Below are positions 55,820 through 64,000 of a DNA stretch of 64,000 nt, one piece after another (the first letter of the stretch is position 1; each line of letters opens with the position of its first letter). The translations under genes and the position numbers were made by a program. Origin of the DNA: Felis catus (taxonomy: Eukaryota); NCBI RefSeq assembly GCF_018350175.1, contig NC_058368.1:5890001-5954000 (forward strand). The letters are read 5' to 3'. The notes beneath the pieces are model-generated. The model saw nothing but the letters and a program-made list of their open reading frames with translations. It was not told where the DNA came from and made no database searches.

Positions 55820-58385
55820 ATGGCATATAAGGATATTAGACAGTTTCCTTCAGAAAGTAAACAAGTATAAAACTGGAAAACGTGATTAAGAACAAACATT
55901 TCAGCCCGTCAGAAAATGCCCAAAGGTGGAAAAGAACTCGAGACATGTTTATTCATGAAAATCCGAGAAGTGCAGCAAGTTCGTGCCCTTCGTACTTAGA
56001 GGTGTTCCTGTTCCCCTGACCTGGGAGTGAGGGAACATCTGCAGATTTACTACCCAAGACCCGGCGGACGTGGTTTGGAGCAGATAATGAACACCCACAT
56101 CTTAACCAATTGGGGTGGCTCTCTCAGTTCAGGGAGGGCAGGAAAGCAGCTAGAAATGTAACAGGGAGATTGTGCAACAAAAGAATCACGGGAGGGCTGA
56201 GGTCATCAACTTGCCCGTATTCCGAACTGACCACTAAAGTAAGGATAGGCAGGAAAGAGCCCAGAGAGGCTTTCATGTTGTGCCTCTGAAAGCATTCCTC
56301 CAACCAGTATGTGGCCCTAGCATCAAGGGTAGGAGCATCAGACTATGACTTGTCTAGGCACAAACTTGGCCAAATAATTGCGTGATGACTAAACTCTGCA
56401 GGCACAGGAGAAACTCCTGGGAAGGCAGGCTTAAGGAAAAAAAAAAAAAGGCTGAGGAAAGATACCAGTAACTGCAAATGAATAGGGAAACATACTTGAC
56501 AGTCTGAGTCCAGGCAAATTACTAAAACACTGGGCCAACAAAATGCAGAAGAATAAATTAGAATCCAGATAAACTACACTGTATTTTTCCACAATAGCCA
56601 CTTTTACTCTAAATAAAACAAAATCACTAGATGTGCCAAGAAACTTAAGGGTATTTGTTTTCATTCACAGTGAACAAAGCAGCCTGAGAATAGACCTGAT
56701 AGAAGAGTTAGTAAAGACTTCAAAGCAGCATTATAAATACGCTCACAGAATTAAAATATGTTCAAAGAAAGAAAATTATGATAATTATGATTCAACAAAC
56801 AGGATATCCCAACAGAAGAATGGAAACTATTAAAAAAAAATTAGAAACTCTGGGATGAAGTGAACAATACACTTCGTAACTTAAGATCAGATCTGAGTGG
56901 AAGAAATTAGTGAATCTGAAGTTACATCAATAGAAAATACGCAATCCAAAAAGAAAGGAGTTGAAATTGAAAATGCAGTGGCAGTGCCACGGGTCTGTCT
57001 GTAATCAATTCAAGCATTCAATCATACATGTGATTGGAGTCCTGAAGCAAAGGAAACAAAAGTAGCAAAAACAAAAACAAAAAACAAAAAAAAAAAAACC
57101 CTGAGAAAATAACGGTTGAAAACTTTCCAATCTGGTAATAACAAAACAAAACATTAATTTAGGGATCCATTGAATCCGAAGTAGAATAAATACAATAAGA
57201 ACGACATTTAGAGCCAACATAGCTAAATGAATGAAACCCAGTAACAAAGAGAAAATCTAGAAAGTAGGAAAATGACACATCACATACAGGGTAATGACAG
57301 CGTGACTTTCTCACCAGAAACAAGGGAGCCAGAAGACAAGAGAGTGACAAAGTACCAAAGAAAAAAAATCAACCAAGTATTTTCTTTGATAATAGCTTTA
57401 AGTTAGAAATCAATAACAGGGAATATACCCAAATGTGTGAGAATTCGATACTTTTAAATAGCCCATGAGTCAAAAAGGAAATCAAGAGAAATTAGAAAAT
57501 ACCGTACTTTGAACTGAATGATAATGAAAACACAACGTATCAGAATTTGTGAAAAGTAATTACATCAGTGCTTAAAGATTTATATTTTGAAATGCTTATA
57601 GTAGAAAATAAAAAAATTTTAAATCAGTGATAAAAGTTTTTACCTTAAGGGAATGAGAAAAAATGAGTTCAATCCAAAGTAAGGTAAAAGTAGAAAATAA
57701 TCCAGATGAGTATATATTATATTGTCTATCAGAATATGATATCATTATATATTATAATACACATATATTACATCATATTAATGTTATATATACATAACAT
57801 TACATATACATTATAAATATATATCAGAATATAAATAAAAAACTGGACAGACCATGGAGTTGGCGTTTTGAAAATATCAGCAAAACTGGTAAAGCCCTAA
57901 CTAGACTGATCAAGGAAAAAAAGAGTAAATTATCCATATGAGGAAGGGAAGGAACACCACCACACGTCACACAAAAGTAACAAATAAATAAAGGAATATT
58001 GTGAAAAACTTCATGCCAACAAGTTTGACAGCTAGAACAAATGGACAAGTCCCTTGAAAGACACAAATCACAAACTGGAAGAAGTAGTAGAAAATATTTG
58101 CTTCCTAAATTGAATTACTCATCAGAGCCTTCCTACAAAGTCCAGGTCCAGGTGGCATCATCGACAGTGAAGTCTGTCAAACATTTTAGGAAGAAATCAT
58201 AGCAAACACTACAGAGAGTATAGAAAACAGGACAAAGAAACACCTCCCAAATCAGTTTATCAGGTTAGAATGATCTGATAACAAAGCCACTCAAAAACTT
58301 GAGATAAAACCACAGACAGATGTCTTTCATGAATACAGACTAGAAATTCTTCATGAAATTTTAGTAAAATATACAGAAAAACTCA
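55820..58385 (+). mobile_element. Old L1M 5' half (5' region, ORF1, partial ORF2)
   Basis: Decayed ORF1 (gaaattagtgaatctgaag; gactttctcaccagaaacaagggagccagaagac) and ORF2 (tcatgccaacaagtttgacagctagaac). Confidence 0.7.
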
Positions 58386-58899
58386 GTCATAACAGTTTGA
58401 AGCCATGAAGAAAGTGAGAGACAGACTCTCCTCTCCTTCTCCACCACTCCCTCTGCAAAGTACACTTTCAGCCAGGTCCATACCAAATTGTTTCCATCAT
58501 TCAGGATGTACCTCAGTCAACAGACTTCAGTTTTGTGTTCATTTGTTTACTGTTCCTCCAATGGGGACCCTTAAAGGGATGACGGGACTAAGGGGAAAAA
58601 CTAAACCTGGATAATTGAGAGTTGGTGTCGCGGTGGGCTGACAAGTGACCCCTGCAGGAGCTGGACAGGGAGGAGAGTGAGGTCAAGTTGGACCTTCCCC
58701 TGCTCCTCCCTGCCACATCCGCTCCAGGTGGCTGTGTCTGTCTCCTGCCGCTCACTGCTCCTCTAGAGGCAACCGGCTCTGAAGGACTCTTCCGTCCAGG
58801 CACAGTGACTCCTCCCCTCCCCCAATCCCTTTGGACCTAGGGGTAGAACAGCTCTTCCCACGGTTACCAGCACGTATACGATCGCTTTGTTTTCATCTC

Positions 58900-59505
58900 A
58901 GGCTGCCGGCAGCAAGCATCTTTCAGAGCCAAGCACGATGTCCCATTTGCTGAGATTTACGGGAGAAAGCAGATGTGAAACTTCCCCTGGATGCAGTCCT
59001 ATGAAGATGCGAGGTCTCTCAACCCCTAACTTGCTGCCAAAAGGGGATCTAGCCTGGGGATAAAGCCTGCACCAGACGGATCAAAAGGGAGACAACATTG
59101 GAACCCTACAACAAACCACGAGTAAAGCCAGATTTAGGACCAACCACCCCTAGGTCACTGCAAGCCAACTGCTGGAATGTCCATCCTTTGTGGCAAAATT
59201 AGCCCATGTTTTCTCTCCTCTTCAATGATGTCCTTTCATTGCTTCCTCCAGCATGAGTAGGAGGTTCAGGTGGAGAGACCGCGAACACTCCTTAAAATAT
59301 TGTTAGAATGCAAAATGAAAATGGTTCCATAAAGTCTAAATAGTGAAAAGAAAAATAATTCTGGCGAACTGCTGATAAATTTGCTTGCTTCCCTTGAAGT
59401 TGGCTTTGCCAACAGAATTTTCAACTATGTGAGCTAATAAATTCCCTTTTAGCCCAAAGGCGAATTTGACTTCGCTTTCTGTCATTTCGGTTCTAACTAA
59501 TGGAG
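58900..59505. mobile_element. MLT1-like LTR relic
   Basis: gtgagctaataaattcccttt...tttctgtcattt...ctaactaat resembles an MLT1 LTR 3' end. The left boundary is uncertain. Confidence 0.45.
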
Positions 59506-59925
59506 GGCTATGTCACAAAGAATCCTGAAGGCTAAACTACAGTCGTGACAAGTGAGAGTGCAATAAAGAACAGAACCTGCCGAATTCTTGTAGCTGATGC
59601 TGAATGAATGTGAACAAAGAAGGACACGGGGGGGAGACATTTGAAGCATATAGGGAACCTGACGACTGAGAAAACCGTCTAAATCAATACTGAGAAGTCC
59701 AAGGCATCAAAATGTCTTCATAATTGGTCCAGTTAATATTTTTATTCAGGAGAAAGGAACAATTCCTCTGTACTTAGTTTATTTTCTTAGCTCCATCCAT
59801 CTTTGTTGTACATGATTTCCCTTTTTAAATTGATGTTTAGACTTCCAGTAACACCGATAACTTCATTTCTCTCTAGGTGTCAGAATTTTTTCAGATATGC
59901 CCCTCACTATAAATAGAGGACCTTT

Positions 59926-60300
59926 GGGGCACCTGGGAGGCTTAACAGGTTAAACGTTCGACACCAGCTCAGGTCATGATCTTAAGGTTGGTGAGTTCAA
60001 GCCCCATGTCGGGCTCTGTGCCAACAGCTGGGAGCCTGGAGCCTGCTTTGGATTCTGTGTCTCCCTCCCTCTCTGCCTCTCCCACTCATACTCTGTCTCT
60101 CTCTCAAAAATAAATAAATAAACATAAAAAAATAGGGGCGCCTGGGTGGCTCAGTCAATTAAGCATCTGCCTTTGTTTGGTTCATGTCATGATCTCCCAG
60201 TTTGTGAGTTTGAGCCCCATGTCAGGCTCTGTGCTGACAGCTCAGAGCCTGGAGCCTGCTTCGGATTCTGTGTCTCCTTCTCTGTCCTTCCCCTGCTCAT

Positions 60301-60344
<44 letters not shown>

Positions 60345-60384
60345 AAGCATTAAAATTTTTTTTAATAGAAATAATTTTTTTATT
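59926..60384 (+). mobile_element. Two head-to-tail Can-SINEs (59926-60133, 60135-~60365)
   Basis: Shared outer TSD aaatagaggacctttg at 59911-59926 and 60385-60400. Second SINE sits in the first one's A tail. Confidence 0.93.
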
Positions 60385-60653
60385 AAATAGAGGACCTTTG
60401 TTCTTACTGAAGACACCTTTTATCTGGTCAATACACCAATAATTTATCATTGAAAAATTATAATCTGTTTTCTAGTACATCTTAAGTTTGACAATTAGAA
60501 TTAAACTCAGATATCTCTCTCCAATTTGAACATATATTTTATCCATAAGGAAATTTTCCTCTACAAAAACTCCTATTTCCATGTCTACATTTTCTTTACA
60601 TGTTTATGTTAAATATAGCAGGGAAGGGAAAAGAACAGTGGATATATCCTTAC

Positions 60654-60826
60654 CTACAACATAATACTGCTCTACATGAGAGGGCCAAGTTGACAAAGCT
60701 CCTCTTAACTTCAGGATGGAAGGCATACTTCAGTGTTTCACCATCAATGATGAGGGCCAAGTCATTTTCTTCACCTAACAGGATTCCAAGATCTTGACAG
60801 TTCTGATTAACTGCTTGTTGTGTTGC
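60654..60826 (-). CDS. ATP8A2-like: P4-ATPase (ATP8A2-like) coding exon, 173 bp, first exon found in window: [57 protein letters not shown](R)
   Basis: Manual translation of the minus strand. Acceptor ctctattttag|GCA, donor TGTAG|gtaagg. Contains the P4-ATPase motifs ALIIDG.TL and AV.CCR. Not captured by the ORF track. Confidence 0.93.
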
Positions 60827-61004
60827 CTAAAATAGAGTGGGGGGTGGGGAGGAACCACTTATTTTTCTCATTTTATATATAAATATATAAATATAAAGAC
60901 TTTCTGAATCAATATGGTAGACGGAGGCATACTTTTTACCTCATTCTTCCCTTCAAATATCTCACTGAAATGAAAAAGTAAGTAACATGAAAAGAAGAGT
61001 GACA

Positions 61005-61790
61005 TCATAGATGACCAGTGAAATGCCAATAGAAACCACAGTGAGATACTACTTTATACCTATTAGCATAACTAGAATCAAAAAGCCAGACAGTAAATGT
61101 TGATCAGGATTTAGAGAAACCCAAAACTCTCAAACACTGCTGGCTGGAATGTAAAATGATGTAGCCACTTTGGAAAACAGTCTGACAGTACTACAGATGG
61201 GTAAGCGTGAGTTCACCAGATGACCCAGCAACACCACTCGTAGGCTTCTACACCCAAGACAAGTGAAAACCTGCGTCTACACAAAACTTGTACGTGAATG
61301 TTTATAACAGCACCATTCACAATTGCCTAGAAGTGAAAACAACCTGATGAATGGATAAACAAAATATTGTATGAATATCCATACAATGGAATATTCTTTA
61401 GCCATCAAAAAGTTATGAGGTATTAATGCATTCTACAACATGGACGAACCTTAAAAATACAGTAACTGAAAGAAGCCAGTCACAAAAGACTATGTTATGA
61501 TTCAATTCACATGAAAGTCAAGAATAAGCAAACCCATAGAGTTTGAAGCATATAGGGACCCTGATCTATCAAAGTAGATCAGTGGTTGTTTAGGGTGGGG
61601 GAAGGAAGATGAGAGAAATGGTAACTAAAGAGTAGGGAGATTCTTTTAGAGGTGATCCAAGTGTTCTAAAAGTTGACTGTGGTGACGGTTGCATGTATGT
61701 GTGGAAATATTAAAACAGACTGAATTATATACATTAAACATAATTTTTGTGTGTGATGTGGATCATATCTCAATAAAGCTGCTTTTTAAA
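61005..61790 (+). mobile_element. L1MB/MD-type 3' end
   Basis: gaatgtaaaatgatgtagccactttggaaaacagtctg...gaaagaagccagtcacaaaagac...tatctcaataaagctg. Confidence 0.8.
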
Positions 61791-63460
61791 AGGTATAGAA
61801 GAGTGAATTCATATCAGCTGGAAAATACAAATGGGTGCTAGCATACCAGAAAGTTCAGAGAATTTTTGAGAAAAATGTCAAAGGTGGGAACAAAATAATG
61901 GGAGTGAACTCTACAAAACTGAGTCTCCGGTTTCTAAGGGGGAAGTATAGAAGTTTTAGAAACTCGTTCAATTTAAGATACGTGGGAGTCACCTCCCTTA
62001 GCTTATTTTCCTCAGATCATCCTTCTTTTCCTTCATAATTCACATAAACTGTTGAAAGCTCAAAATTTTAGAGAAATGACTCCCCATGCCAGTAGCAGAG
62101 TAGAAAATTCAGATAGTGGAGTATTTTAAGGAAAATACATAGTAAAACTATAAGCCATGCAGATTAATGCTAAAGAAAATTCCTTCATCAAATACAAGTG
62201 AAATAAAAATAGTATCAGTTACCACTTTCTGTTGCAAGATTAGTGAACTAGTAAGTGTGCCAAAACATTTCTTGACTGTTGCCAACTCTTTTATTTCTTT
62301 GACTATGTGAAATGAGTGCCATAAAATACTAAATCATATTTAAAAGATTATTTTTTAACTATTTTGCTTAACTACACTTTTCAGTTATATTCAGTCATCT
62401 GTAGAAATCAGAGTTTTTTTTTTAATGATCTGTACTTTTCTTAAACATGTTAATGAATGAACTTTTAACAAGATGTGGCACCTGGGGAAAAATTTTAAAA
62501 CATAACAGGTATGAAGCTCCAAAAGCTTTAATGAAACAATCCTCCTTCCTATTTTCCTCAGAAGGCCTTCATTACTCATTACTCAAATGAAATTACTGTG
62601 TTTCCTGAAATAAAAGGTAATTTAATAATCCTTGAATTACCAAGGCCTTTATAGAAACCTGCAGGTCTAAAAACACATGAAATTCAGACACTTAAAATTT
62701 GATTTCATACTGTGTAAGAGCTATAATATGTACTATACGTGTATCATATTCAACATTTCCACTTCTACTTTTCCACATAGCGGACTATATATCCCATCAG
62801 TGATCTCAAATGACTGCAGTTACTTTGTTGACCCCAAAATAATCCGGCAAAATTGAAGTTTTCCTCTACGTTAATAACTCTTCTCATACTTCATTTCATC
62901 ACTGAACACAAAACTTGGTGCTTTTCTGATTAATATATTGCTTTCAATTTTACAGTTACTTGGAACACGTAAATGCTTGGAGCTAAAGCTTAACAGTCTT
63001 AACATCTTATTTTTTTTTCTTCCACTCCTAAATTATTTATTTTTCTTTACCAGTCCTCCTGCTGCCAATGTTAACAGGAGTGAAGATAATTCCTCCAACA
63101 TGGTTCACTCTAGAACATGACTACCTGAGCAATTTGCCAACGTTAATTATGTAAAATTCTGCACAGCACAACCTGCGGCACATTATACGGGAAAATTGCA
63201 TTATCTGCTTCATTATGTAAAGCAAGTGTATCAGTAATGATTATTTAGGAATAATGAGTTCTGTTTTTTTATAATATTAAATATTTTCTTTTTTGATGTC
63301 TTGAAATGAATGGTGAGCTGGCTTGCTAAATGCAAAATGACACTCCTTCCCAATTTTTGTTATCATCGGAGGCTCCATTTTTCTTTTGCAACATTATTTT
63401 CAATAAATGTGTGAATATGAAGCATTGAGATTGCTTTAAAATCTCTACTAACATGGTAAA

Positions 63461-63866
63461 TTTTTTTGTAATGTAATTTATTACAAATTGCTTTCCATAC
63501 AACACCCAGTGCTCATCCCAACAGGTGCCCTCCTCAATGCCCATCACCCACTTTCCCCTCTCCCCCACCCCCACATCCACCCTCAGTTTGTTCTCTGTAT
63601 TCAAGAATCTCTTGTGGTTGGCCTCCCTCCCTCTCTGTTTGAAACTATTTTTTCCCCTTCTCTTCCCCCATGGTCTTCTGTTAAGTTTCTCAAGATCCAC
63701 ATACGAGTGAAAACATATGGTATCTGTCTTTCTTTGACTGACTTATTTCACTTGGCATAATACCCTCCAGTTCCATCCACGTTGCTGCAAATGGCCAGAT
63801 TTCATTCTTTCTTATGGCCAAGTAGTATTCCATTGTATGTGTAAACCACATCTTCTTTATCCATTC
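63461..63866 (-). mobile_element. 5'-truncated younger feliform L1 3' end
   Basis: Peptide EWIKKMWFTHTMEYYLAIRKNEIWPFAATWMELE. 3' UTR similar to that of the 27258-33213 element. Confidence 0.92.
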
Positions 63867-64000
63867 AGGAATAATGAGTTTTGAAAATGACATAACTCTA
63901 AAGTTTACAAGAACTTAAAACATAAGAGAAAATCTTAAAGAAACAAAGTGCCAAGATCACCATGGAAATCACAATATGGAAGTGAAATAGAGCTTTCACT

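Noticed and set aside
60827..64000. Preceding exon (expected YSC.L-type); weak look-alike near 63060-63085
   Set aside because: The frame reads CAC TCC TGT TAA (stop) with no convincing splice sites. The real exon is probably outside the window.

Overview
Mammalian genomic DNA, most likely from a feliform carnivore: it carries many SINEC_Fc-type Can-SINEs and carnivore L1s. The window lies inside a minus-strand P4-ATPase (phospholipid flippase) gene of the ATP8A2/ATPase IB type. I found six coding exons (173, 184, 111, 75, 123 and 79 bp). All have canonical AG/GT ends and splice into one open 248-codon frame covering the P-domain GDGAND motif through TM7. The protein looks too diverged to be the ATP8A2 orthologue and is probably an intact paralogue (inference from recalled sequence). 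The rest, roughly three-quarters by eye, is interspersed repeat. It includes a disrupted full-length L1 nested in two older L1s, a twin-primed inverted L1, a candidate L1 3' transduction, hAT MITEs, MLT/L2 relics and microsatellites. I see no prokaryotic-type systems, CRISPR arrays or RNA genes. Repeat boundaries are approximate and family names come from recognition, not a database search.
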